Source: Chloroflexota bacterium (GTDB lineage: Bacteria; Chloroflexota; Anaerolineae; DTLA01). From it: 64,000 nucleotides of DNA. Below the pieces are notes generated by a model. That model was not told the DNA's origin, did no database searches, and was given only the letters and a program-made list of their open reading frames with translations. Location: contig JADBJK010000074.1 of assembly GCA_014874485.1 (NCBI GenBank), positions 75,678 to 139,677 on the forward strand. Direction: 5' to 3'. Each line of letters starts with the position of its first letter. The first letter of the stretch is position 1. Positions 29,491-38,813 of this stretch are shown here, one piece after another. Position numbers and translations under genes: made by a program.

Positions 29491-30582
29491 CTAGTAGCGA
29501 AGGATAGCCCCAATCTGGCCTGCGCGTTTCAAATCCTCATTCCCCGGCACAAACTCTACCTCAACGCCCCGCTGGATGGCGCGGCGGACGATGGCATCCA
29601 CTGCGTCCTTGATGGGAACCATGGGGCCGCCGCAGTACACGCACGTCTGGGTCTTCTGGGCGCCGATGTAGCCGCAGTGCTCGCACCGGTAGGCGGTGGC
29701 CTGCAACCCCTCGTCCACGATGAGCACGTGCACGCGCTCCTCCTGCAACGCGGTCAGGGTGTCGGCCAGGCCGATGGCGCCCGGCCCGCCTTTGGTCGCC
29801 GCGGTGATCATCTGCTGAATCAGCGCAGCCTCGCGGTCGTGTTCGGCCTTCTCCAGCAAGTCTTGCGCGCGCGCCAGGGCCTCGCTCTCCGACGCGGTGA
29901 TGTCTATGGGCATGGTGCCGATGACGCTGTCGCGCAGCGCCTTGGGCAGCATGGACAGGAAGCGCGACACGGTCTCCTCTTGCCCGCCCACGATGAGCCG
30001 CTTGCATCGGTGCTTGTTGCAGAAATCCTTGACCAGCGTTGCGGCCTCTTTCAGGTTCTGGTGGGCTTTCTCATCCTGGCGGCGCTGCAACCGCTGGGCC
30101 GCCCAGCCGCCCTTCTTGTGCCGTTTCAGTTCCGTCCCGAACGTCCCGGCCGTGTCCTCCACCACGCCCAGGTGGTACAGGATGACCCGCGCGCCTTCCT
30201 GGTCCACCAGCGCGACGGCAAAGCGGCCGTACTCGTCCAGCATGTCGCTGAGCGGCTTCACGTAGGGCCGGTCGGCCACGAACACGTGGTTGCTGACCGG
30301 CACGCTGACCGGCAGGGCCCGCCAAAAATCCTGCGCCTGGCAGGAGAACATGGCCAGCCCCTTGGCCTGCCAGTCGTATTCCAACTCCACGAAACGCTCC
30401 ATGCGGTCGGCGTCAGCCTGGGCCGCGCCCAGCGCCACCGCCTGCTTCAGCATCCCCCTAAGGCTCAACTTGACTTCGTCCTTGACGTGGCGGGAAGGAT
30501 CCGTGCTCAGGTACAGGCTCAACACCGTGGCACCATCTGCGTGGAAAGCAGCCAGTTCATGAACGTCCTTTTCGTCAAACAT
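29491..30582 (-). CDS. Bacterial archaeo-eukaryotic release factor-like protein (baeRF/eRF1-Pelota fold) with Zn ribbon
   Basis: SLYL N-domain, KRHKKGGWAAQRLQRR loop, RLIVGG, CEHC...CVYCGG, C-terminal IGAILRY. Confidence 0.85.
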   Translation of the reverse strand: MFDEKDVHELAAFHADGATVLSLYLSTDPSRHVKDEVKLSLRGMLKQAVALGAAQADADRMERFVELEYDWQAKGLAMFSCQAQDFWRALPVSVPVSNHVFVADRPYVKPLSDMLDEYGRFAVALVDQEGARVILYHLGVVEDTAGTFGTELKRHKKGGWAAQRLQRRQDEKAHQNLKEAATLVKDFCNKHRCKRLIVGGQEETVSRFLSMLPKALRDSVIGTMPIDITASESEALARAQDLLEKAEHDREAALIQQMITAATKGGPGAIGLADTLTALQEERVHVLIVDEGLQATAYRCEHCGYIGAQKTQTCVYCGGPMVPIKDAVDAIVRRAIQRGVEVEFVPGNEDLKRAGQIGAILRY

Positions 30583-30619
30583 ACTATCCTCCTGTCTGCA
30601 TGATCCGATTCTGTTCCGC

Positions 30620-30961
30620 CTACTCGCTACTCTGCAACTTGCTTTTCAGCAAGGCGACCTCGCGCTCAAAGCGTGCTTGCAGGGCCTCCATCTCGGCCTT
30701 CATCTGCGCCACCTGATCCATCAGCGACAGAATCGCCTCCACCCCTGCAAGATTGACGCCCAACTCGTCTGTAAGACGCTGAATCTGCCGCAATCGTTCA
30801 ATGTCGCTGGGCGAGTACAGCCGTCGGTTGCCCGGCGAGCGGCAGGGCTTGATCAGCCCCAGGCTCTCGTAGTAGCGCAGGGTCTGGGGATGCACCCCCA
30901 CCATTTTCGCTGCCACGCTGATGACGTAGCAGGGTTCCTGATGCGACGGACTGTCGCCCAC
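30620..30961 (-). CDS. hspR: MerR-family heat-shock repressor HspR-like
   Basis: YVISVAAKMVGVHPQTLRYYE..GL, RRLYS..DI, LGVNLAG. Confidence 0.88.
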   Translation of the reverse strand: MGDSPSHQEPCYVISVAAKMVGVHPQTLRYYESLGLIKPCRSPGNRRLYSPSDIERLRQIQRLTDELGVNLAGVEAILSLMDQVAQMKAEMEALQARFEREVALLKSKLQSSE

Positions 30962-31002
30962 GGATGGCCTCCAGATACGACTTGACTATGGAGAGAATTG
31001 TC

Positions 31003-31098
31003 TGTCACTGCGAGCGAAGCGAAGCAATCTCACGCTCCGGGTATTGCTTCGTCGCTGCGCTCCTCGCAATGGCACACCATCAAGAATCCTTGTGGTAC
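31003..31098. repeat. Single degenerate TGTCA(T/C)TGCGAG element with TACCACAAGGATTCTTGA leader
   Basis: Termini TGTCACTGCGAG / CTCGCAATGGCA; leader abuts the htrA stop. Confidence 0.8.
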
Positions 31099-31102
31099 AG
31101 CG

Positions 31103-32257
<1,155 letters not shown>

Positions 32258-32447
32258 TCGTGCATTGCTCCTCTGAGAATCAGGCTGTCGGTGTGCACGG
32301 TACAGCGAGCGGGGAAGTTTCTGCCGCGAAGCAACTGCAAACCGAAGGGCATCATGCTACACCACCCGCCTTTCGCGTACCGAGCGGTGCCGAGGTACGT
32401 CCCGAACTGACCGGTTGAGGCGCTAGGGTTGAAGAATCTCTATGGCT

Positions 32448-32477
32448 ATTATAGCACGAATTGCGGTCGGATGTCAA
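32448..32477 (-). promoter_or_regulatory. Sigma70-type promoter upstream of htrA
   Basis: TTGACA-18bp-TATAAT with extended TG. Confidence 0.75.
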
Positions 32478-32572
32478 TACCTACAGCCGCATTGTGAGGA
32501 AATCTTACATGGCGATTGTAAGAAATCGCCGTGGGGGAGGCGCGCCGACTCTCGCCCTTGCACTGGTGCGAA

Positions 32573-32983
32573 TCAGTCAGAGTCCAGCCAATCCGCAAAC
32601 TGGCGAGGGGTTACGATGGGGATGTCCTGGAACTTGCCCAGCAGCAGGAGATCCTGATCGCCGGAGATGATACAGTCCACGCGGCCCGCCACTGCCGCTG
32701 CCAGCACGGCATTGTCCCCCGGATCGCGGCAGGCGTCCGGCGTCTCGGCAGGAGTAACCCACTCCGCACCGAGCGCCACGAGGTCCACCCACTCGTCGGC
32801 AAGGCCCGGCGGCGGATGGATGCGCGTGGCGAGGGTATGCAAGACACGGCCCAGTTCATCCAATAGGGCAGCCGACACGACAGCCTCAAACTCGCCGTCG
32901 CGCCAACGCAGCAATAACTGGTGCGGCAGTCCGGTCCAGAAGATGCCAGAGACCCACACCGATGTATCAATCACCACTCGCAT
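32573..32983 (-). CDS. PIN-domain toxin (VapC-like)
   Basis: MRVVIDTSVWVSG, ELGRVL, CRDPGDNAVL, IISGDQDLL, VTPRQF. Confidence 0.9.
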   Translation of the reverse strand: MRVVIDTSVWVSGIFWTGLPHQLLLRWRDGEFEAVVSAALLDELGRVLHTLATRIHPPPGLADEWVDLVALGAEWVTPAETPDACRDPGDNAVLAAAVAGRVDCIISGDQDLLLLGKFQDIPIVTPRQFADWLDSD

Positions 32984-33302
32984 CGCGCAGCACCCGCTCG
33001 GCCTCGTCATCCGTCAACGTGCCCGGGTGCAGCCCCTGGGCTTCCAGATGGCGGCGGAAAGCCTCCTGCGACTCGGACAGGGCGTGGTCAAATCGCTCCT
33101 GCCACATGCGCGACCGCCGTACCGTCTTGCGCTCCAGCAGGAAGCGGCGCAGGTCACCGGGGTCCACCCGGTAGACACGGCCGAGCCGCACTGCCGGCAG
33201 GTCGCCGTTCTGGATCCACTTGTACACCTGCCGCACGTTCACCCGGAGGCTGTCGGCCACCTCCTGGGGCGTCAATGTTCTAAAAGTCGCGGGAAGAGCC
33301 AT
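32967..33302 (-). CDS. Excisionase-like HTH protein, putative antitoxin
   Basis: LTPQEVADSLRV...VYKWIQNGDLPAVRLGRVYRV; overlaps the PIN gene. Confidence 0.8.
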   Translation of the reverse strand: MALPATFRTLTPQEVADSLRVNVRQVYKWIQNGDLPAVRLGRVYRVDPGDLRRFLLERKTVRRSRMWQERFDHALSESQEAFRRHLEAQGLHPGTLTDDEAERVLRDASGD

Positions 33303-33321
33303 AGCATCACCTCACAACAAC

Positions 33322-33350
33322 ACTTTACACTAGAGTACATTGGATGTCAA
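33322..33350 (-). promoter_or_regulatory. Promoter of the HTH-PIN operon
   Basis: TTGACA-17bp-TAAAGT. Confidence 0.6.
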
Positions 33351-33569
33351 GAAGCATCAACGATGCAGTTAGGTCCACGGCGGGTATTTTGGGTGGGAGT
33401 GGCGGCTGCGGGTGGCCGCCCTACGACCTTGGAACCGGGCCTGCGTGGAGGGCCGAACTTCAGTCGCGACGCGCCCGCGACGTGCGTCGCAACCGAGGGC
33501 CGCTGCAAGCCACCATCGGGTGCGCGCAACTGCTCAACGCGGCGGCCTCGCTCCACTCCTGCATTGGCC

Positions 33570-33613
33570 TGTGACAAAAGTTACACGCGCCCAACGCCGA
33601 AGTATGCTATACT
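33570..33613 (+). promoter_or_regulatory. Crp/Fnr-family box plus extended -10 upstream of the heme-copper operon
   Basis: TGTGA-caaaag-TTACA at 33570-33585; TGcTATACT with hexamer at 33608-33613. Confidence 0.65.
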
Positions 33614-33688
33614 CTATGTTGGAGAATGGCACCCTACATCGCCCCGCAAATCCGCGCCCAAACGAACTCTTGAGTGAGGAGGGAGGCT

Positions 33689-33793
33689 ATGTACGCGACG
33701 GATGTCATCTGGTGGGCCTACACGGCGTTCCTGGTCCTGGTGATTCTGTTCATGCTGCTTTTCGCCTGGAAGGTGAGGGAGAAAGGAGGGTGA
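33689..33793 (+). CDS. 34-aa single-TM small subunit (IIa-like) of the heme-copper enzyme
   Basis: MYATDVIWWAYTAFLVLVILFMLLFAWKVREKGG; GGAGG RBS; stop 2 bp before the subunit II start; below the ORF-track cutoff. Confidence 0.8.
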   Translation: MYATDVIWWAYTAFLVLVILFMLLFAWKVREKGG

Positions 33794-33795
33794 AG

Positions 33796-34218
33796 ATGGA
33801 CAGACGTGAACGGAACTGGCTGTTGGTTCTGGTGGGCGTGTTCCTGCTCGTCAATGTCATCACGCTGTCGCCCCTGGTTCCCTGGCAGAAGTGGCTCCTC
33901 TGGTCCCGCCCCACGCCCGACCGAATCGTCCCCGTGGAGTTTGAGAACTACCAGATTCGGCTGCCGCAGGGCGGCGTGGAGGTGAAGGCCAACGAGTTCG
34001 TGCAGTTCGTCGCCACGTCCAAAGACGTAACCTACGGGTTCGGCGTGTTCCGACCCGACGGCACGATGGTATTCCAGATGCAGGTGCTGCCGGGGTACCA
34101 GAACAAGATCACGTGGCGATTTGACACCCCTGGCGTGTACGATGTGCGCTCCACCGAATACTCAGGCCCGCGGCATCCGGAGATGTACATCCCGAATGCC
34201 ATACGGGTGCTGCCGTAG
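33796..34218 (+). CDS. Heme-copper oxidoreductase subunit II-like cupredoxin lacking CuA ligands
   Basis: One TM, TSKDVTYGF, QVLPGY, FDTPGVY, STEYSGPRHPEM. Confidence 0.88.
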   Translation: MDRRERNWLLVLVGVFLLVNVITLSPLVPWQKWLLWSRPTPDRIVPVEFENYQIRLPQGGVEVKANEFVQFVATSKDVTYGFGVFRPDGTMVFQMQVLPGYQNKITWRFDTPGVYDVRSTEYSGPRHPEMYIPNAIRVLP

Positions 34219-34229
34219 GGAGGTGCGAC

Positions 34230-35882
34230 ATGGCGAAACTCAACTGGCAAACCAAGTGGACGCTGCGTTTTGCGGTTGTTGGCCTGCTGTTCCTGGCGCT
34301 GTCGGGATTTGAGGGCATCCTCATGCGCATCCAGTTGGCCGCGCCCGACGCGCTGCACGGGATGGAGCAGGCGCTGATGGCGCTGCGCCCCGTCGGGCGC
34401 GAGGTTACGTCCGCCGAACTGTACTACGCCATGCTGACGGCGCACCCCATCGTGGGCATCTACGGCTTCGCCTACATGCTGGTCTTTGGCGCGTTCTACT
34501 TCCTGGTGCCCTACCTGCTGGGCAAGGAGGTCCGCCACAAGAAACTGCTGGTGTTCAACTTCTGGGCGCAGATCGTTGGGGTGCTCACCTGCTGGGCGGC
34601 GGGCTTCTTCGGGCTGTTCAACTCGCTGTACACGCTCTACTGGCCGCTGCCCGTGTCCTACGACCGCGTGCCGCTCGTCGGCAGCATTGCCTTCACCGTG
34701 GGCGCGGCCATCATCATGGTCAACATCCTGCTGTTCTCGTACAACACCTTCAGCACCGTGTTGAGCAAGAGCAACCCGGGGTCCTACAGTTTCGGCGCGT
34801 TCCTGCGGGCGGCCTTCGGCATCTCGCGCCTGATGAAGCGCCTGGGCAGGGAGGACAAGGCCGCGCCCAACCTGGACTACAACGGCCTGCCCGTGTTCAT
34901 CGTGGCGGTGGCGCGCGGCTCCATTGACACCGTCATCAACGCCATCGTGCTCCTGACGGCGGGCGCGCTGATCCTGGTCTATGGCATCGCGGCGCTCCTC
35001 AAGTCGCCACTGAACCCCGCCGCCGTTGACCCGCTCATCTACAAGAACTGGTTCTGGTGGGGCCTGGACATGGTGGCCGACGGCAACGTGCTGATATACA
35101 CGGCGGGCGTGTGGTATCTGCTGGTGCCGCTCCTGGTGGGCCGCAAACTGTTCGGCGAGAACGTGGTCAAGACGGTCATCATGGTGGACCTGCTGGTGTC
35201 CCTTGGCGTGTGGAGCCACCACCTGCTGGGCGACCAGAGCCAGCCGCTGTGGATGCGGCTGATTTCGGGCCAGTTCATCACCTGGGGCGAGTTCTTCACC
35301 ATGGGCCTGACGCTGTTCGCCACGCTGATGACCATCTGGCTGGCGCGCCCGGTCAAGTTCTCGCCGCCGCTCAAGTTCGTGCTGGGCTCCATGTTCGGGT
35401 TCATCATGGGCGGCGCGGCGGGCCTCATCCAGGCCAACGTGGGGCTGAACGTGGTGTTCCACAACACCCAGTGGGTCGTGTCGCTCCACGCGCACACGTT
35501 CCTGCTGACCGGCCTGGCGATGCTCCTGTTCGCCGTCGTGTACGCCCTGATTCCCATGCTCACGAACCTGGAAATCAAGAGCAACCGTCTGGTGAACGCC
35601 CACTTTTGGCTGTGGATGGTCGGCTCGGTGGGAATGGCCTACGTGATGGGCATGGCGGGGGCGCGCGGGATGCTCCGCCGCACGCTGTACCCCGAAGGCA
35701 ACCCCTACCAGACCAACGAGACGCTGGCCATCGTCGGCGGCGTTCTGATCGGCCTGGGGTTCCTGGCCTTCCTGGTCAACATCATCGCGACGCTGGGCTG
35801 GCGGAACGTCCTGAGCCTGGTCGTCCCCGAGCGGTGGCTGGAGCGGCAACCGTCGGCGGCGCTGGCCGAGGCGCAACCCTAG
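34230..35882 (+). CDS. Heme-copper oxidoreductase subunit I, B-family-derived, putative nitric oxide reductase (gNOR-like)
   Basis: About 12 TMs; LTAH, WSHH, HNT.W...HAH, GMLRR; helix VI reads FWWGLDMVAD. Confidence 0.85.
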   Translation: MAKLNWQTKWTLRFAVVGLLFLALSGFEGILMRIQLAAPDALHGMEQALMALRPVGREVTSAELYYAMLTAHPIVGIYGFAYMLVFGAFYFLVPYLLGKEVRHKKLLVFNFWAQIVGVLTCWAAGFFGLFNSLYTLYWPLPVSYDRVPLVGSIAFTVGAAIIMVNILLFSYNTFSTVLSKSNPGSYSFGAFLRAAFGISRLMKRLGREDKAAPNLDYNGLPVFIVAVARGSIDTVINAIVLLTAGALILVYGIAALLKSPLNPAAVDPLIYKNWFWWGLDMVADGNVLIYTAGVWYLLVPLLVGRKLFGENVVKTVIMVDLLVSLGVWSHHLLGDQSQPLWMRLISGQFITWGEFFTMGLTLFATLMTIWLARPVKFSPPLKFVLGSMFGFIMGGAAGLIQANVGLNVVFHNTQWVVSLHAHTFLLTGLAMLLFAVVYALIPMLTNLEIKSNRLVNAHFWLWMVGSVGMAYVMGMAGARGMLRRTLYPEGNPYQTNETLAIVGGVLIGLGFLAFLVNIIATLGWRNVLSLVVPERWLERQPSAALAEAQP

Positions 35883-35908
35883 CCGTGAATCTACTTGAAT
35901 TAAGGGAC

Positions 35909-35946
35909 AACGATGCGACGCACCTTCGGAAGTGCGTCGCATCGTT
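35909..35946. repeat. Stand-alone TGCGACGCAC palindrome, possible bidirectional terminator
   Basis: AACGATGCGACGCAC-cttcggaa-GTGCGTCGCATCGTT. Confidence 0.8.
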
Positions 35947-35950
35947 CTCG

Positions 35951-36140
35951 TTACCGCATGATCACCCGCAGGTAGGCGTATGGGATCGGCCCCGAACCCG
36001 CCCAGAACCCGCCGACAAGCGTGTACACGTCGCCGGACAGTTTACCCGCGTCTGCCTGGCCCGCCGTTCCCACCAGCGTGAAGCCTCCTCCCCTCAACTC
36101 GCCCCCGCCGCCGTCCACGGTGTACCAGGGCAGCGCATAA
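35951..36140 (-). pseudogene. 5'-truncated remnant of a small Gly-rich exported protein
   Basis: YALPWYTVDGGGG...GTAGQADAG.LSG..YTLVGGFW...YLRVIMR; no plausible in-frame start or signal peptide before the divergent promoter. Confidence 0.6.
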
Positions 36141-36218
36141 GGATGGCCATACCCGTCTGGACGGGCGCGGCTGTTGGGGATAACCGTCCTGCGGCTTTGG
36201 AACCGCGCGGGGGGAATC

Positions 36219-36247
36219 TTGCGCGCAGGGCCAATGGGTGCTACAAT
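36219..36247 (+). promoter_or_regulatory. Promoter of the aminotransferase gene
   Basis: TTGCGC-17bp-TACAAT with TG extension. Confidence 0.55.
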
Positions 36248-36292
36248 CAGGCGGCTTCGCTCAGAGCAATGGTGCTGCAAGGAGGAAGAATC

Positions 36293-37399
36293 ATGAAGAA
36301 GATGTTCATCGTCGGCCCCGTGGACGTCTTTGATGACGTGCTGGCCGTGATGGGCGAACAGGTGATCGCCCACTACGGCGACGACTTCGTGCGCCTGTAC
36401 CGCGAGACGCAGGACCTCACCCGCATGGTCCTCGGCGCGTCCGGCGACGTGTTCCTGATGGCGGGGCCTGGGACAGCCGGCCTGGACGCCTGCTTGGGCA
36501 GCCTGCTCCAGACCGGCGAGAAGGTGCTCATCCCCGTCAGCGGCTTCTTCAGCGACCGCCTCGTCGCCGTCGCCAAAGGGTCGGGCCTGGAGCCGGTGGT
36601 GGAGGAGTTTGAGTGGGGCGCGCCGGTGGAGCCGGAACGACTGCGCAGGCGGCTTGCGAGCGAGAAGGGCGTCGCTGCCCTGGCCTTCGTGCACCACGAG
36701 ACCTCAACGGGCGTCCTCAACCCGCTGGACGAAATCGTCGGCGTGGCCCATGAGTTCGGCGTGCCCGTCATCGTGGATGCCGTCGCGTCGGCGGGCGGGG
36801 TTCCGGTGGACGTGGACCGCCTAGGGATTGAGTTCCTCGTTACCGTGGCGAACAAGGCACTGGAAGCGCCGCCTGGCTTGTCCATTGTCTCCGTGAACAA
36901 GCGGGCTTGGGAGTTGATGGACAAAGGTGGCCCGCGCAATCACGGCTGGTATCTGGACCTGCGCACGTGGCGCGACTACGCCACCCGCTGGGCCGACTGG
37001 CACCCGTTCCCCGTTACGCTACCGACCAGCGTCGTGCGGGCGCTGCACACGTCTCTCCTGCGCATCCAGCGCGAGGGGCTGGACCATCACTTCGCCCGAT
37101 TCGCCCGGGCCGCCGAGCAGGTTCGGCAGGGTCTGCGCGCGATGGGGTTCTCCATGATGGTGGAAGGGCGCTACGCGTGTCCGGTGGTGTCGGCGGTGTG
37201 GGCGCGGCCCGAGTTCCCCGTTGCCGAGATGGCTGCCTACCTGGAGCACGAGCGCGGCCTCATGATCGCCGGGGGCATCGGCCCGCTCAAGGGCAAGATT
37301 TTCCGCATCGGGCACATGGGCAAGGCCACGACGCAGGAGTACATTGACGAGTTGCTCGCGGCGGTGCGCGATTTCCTGCGCATGAAAGGGCTGGCGTAG
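36293..37399 (+). CDS. Class V PLP aminotransferase (alanine-glyoxylate/serine-pyruvate type)
   Basis: GPV, VHHETSTGVLNP, VDAVAS, NKAL.APPG, FRIGHMG. Confidence 0.92.
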   Translation: MKKMFIVGPVDVFDDVLAVMGEQVIAHYGDDFVRLYRETQDLTRMVLGASGDVFLMAGPGTAGLDACLGSLLQTGEKVLIPVSGFFSDRLVAVAKGSGLEPVVEEFEWGAPVEPERLRRRLASEKGVAALAFVHHETSTGVLNPLDEIVGVAHEFGVPVIVDAVASAGGVPVDVDRLGIEFLVTVANKALEAPPGLSIVSVNKRAWELMDKGGPRNHGWYLDLRTWRDYATRWADWHPFPVTLPTSVVRALHTSLLRIQREGLDHHFARFARAAEQVRQGLRAMGFSMMVEGRYACPVVSAVWARPEFPVAEMAAYLEHERGLMIAGGIGPLKGKIFRIGHMGKATTQEYIDELLAAVRDFLRMKGLA

Positions 37400-37438
37400 G
37401 CGACTCGGACCGCGACCAGGGGGCCCAGCGAGGCCCCC

Positions 37439-38161
37439 TTACTGTTTGCGCCTCCCGACGCGCGCGGCGATGCGGTCCACCCACGCCTCCAGCCGCCGGC
37501 GGTAGGCGATCACCGGCACCCCCAGCGCCAACGCAATCCCCGCGAGCGCAAGCCATTGCCCGCCGGTCAGGTCGCCCGACACATCGCCCATCCAGGCGGA
37601 GGCCAGCAGGCTGGGGAATCGCCCGATGGCGGCCAGGATCATCAGCAGGGAGATGGGAATGTCGGTCAGCCCCGCCAGGATGCTGATGGAATCATCGGGG
37701 ACGAAGGGGAGCAGGAACAGGACGAAGAACGCCGTCGGCCCGCCCCGCTGTACCAGGTCGTCAAACCGCCGAAGGTGCGCGGGCGGCACGATGCGCTCCA
37801 CAAAGGGCCGCCCCAATTTGCGGGCCAGCGTCATCAGAATCCAGGCGCCCAGCAGGACGCCGATGGTGCTGTACACCGTGCCCCAGAGCGTGCCGAACAG
37901 GTAGCCGGAGACCAGCCCCACCACCTGCCCGGGCAGCGGCGCGAGGATCACCTGCGTGGCCTGCAGCGCGACGAGGGCCAGCGGCGCAGCCCACCCGAAC
38001 CCTGCGACCCACTCGCGGAGCCGCTCCTGCTCGGAGACGAGGCCCAGCAGAGGCCGCCAGAAGCGGACGGCGAGCGCCACCAGCGCAATCGCCGCCAGCG
38101 CCCACGCGGCCACCCGAATCGCCTGCGCCCTACGCCGAGGTGTCCCCCGTCCTGTGTCCAT
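37439..38161 (-). CDS. TVP38/TMEM64 (DedA/VTT) membrane protein
   Basis: QVILAPLPG, GYLFG...G, ARKLGR, LLPFVPDD...AGL, GRFP. Confidence 0.88.
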   Translation of the reverse strand: MDTGRGTPRRRAQAIRVAAWALAAIALVALAVRFWRPLLGLVSEQERLREWVAGFGWAAPLALVALQATQVILAPLPGQVVGLVSGYLFGTLWGTVYSTIGVLLGAWILMTLARKLGRPFVERIVPPAHLRRFDDLVQRGGPTAFFVLFLLPFVPDDSISILAGLTDIPISLLMILAAIGRFPSLLASAWMGDVSGDLTGGQWLALAGIALALGVPVIAYRRRLEAWVDRIAARVGRRKQ

Positions 38162-38255
38162 GCCGCCAGTGTAAGCCGGGCAGGCCGTTTCCGTCAACTC
38201 CGGCGCGGCTTGGCGTCTGGTGGCGAACCACGCGCGCACTTGCCCATCCGTCGTC

Positions 38256-38718
38256 GCGGGCGAAGCGAAGCATCTCGGTTGACGAGTAGGGGCAATTCAT
38301 GAATTGCCCCTACGGGCGCTGCGCGTCCTCGCAATGACAACTTCTGCCTGTCATTGCGGGCGAAGCGAAGCATCTCGGTTGCGAGATTCTTCGCGGCTTC
38401 GCCGCTCAGAATGACGGAGTCATCTGTCATTGCGGGCGAAGCGAAGCATCTCGGTTGGCGAGATTCTTCGGCGCTTCGCGCCTCAGTAGGGACAATTCAT
38501 GAATTGTCCCTACGGGCGCTGCGCGTCCTCGCAATGACAACTTCTGCCTGTCATTGCGAGCGAAGCGAAGCAATCCCGGGCCGCGGAGATTCTTCGCGGC
38601 TTCGCCGCTCAGAATGACAGAGTCATCTGTCATTGCGAGCGAAGCGAAGCATCTCGGTTGACGAGTAGGGGCAATTCATGAATTGCCCCTACGGGCGCTG
38701 CGCGTCCCTCACATTGAC
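38256..38718. repeat. Composite palindromic repeat cluster with three GTAG REPs
   Basis: GTAGGG(G/A)CAATTCATGAATTG(C/T)CCCTAC at about 38286, 38485, 38665 within TGTCATTGCG units. Confidence 0.92.
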
Positions 38719-38752
38719 GGTTGCCACCGGCCCGTTGCGACCGCCAACGCCT

Positions 38753-38781
38753 TTGCCAAAGCCCTGCCGCGCGGGTATAAT
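38753..38781 (+). promoter_or_regulatory. Sigma70-type promoter
   Basis: TTGCCA-17bp-TATAAT. Confidence 0.75.
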
Positions 38782-38813
38782 GCGCCGTAGTCAGAAGGCT
38801 TGGCAGGAGCAGA

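Noticed and set aside
32967-33302. Excisionase indicating a prophage or ICE
   Set aside because: No integrase, att repeats or phage genes; the overlap with a PIN gene fits a TA pair better.
33796-34218. Selenocysteine recoding explaining missing cysteines, given selB in the window
   Set aside because: The CuA positions are TCC/TCA serine codons, and I saw no in-frame TGA continuing a conserved domain in the window.
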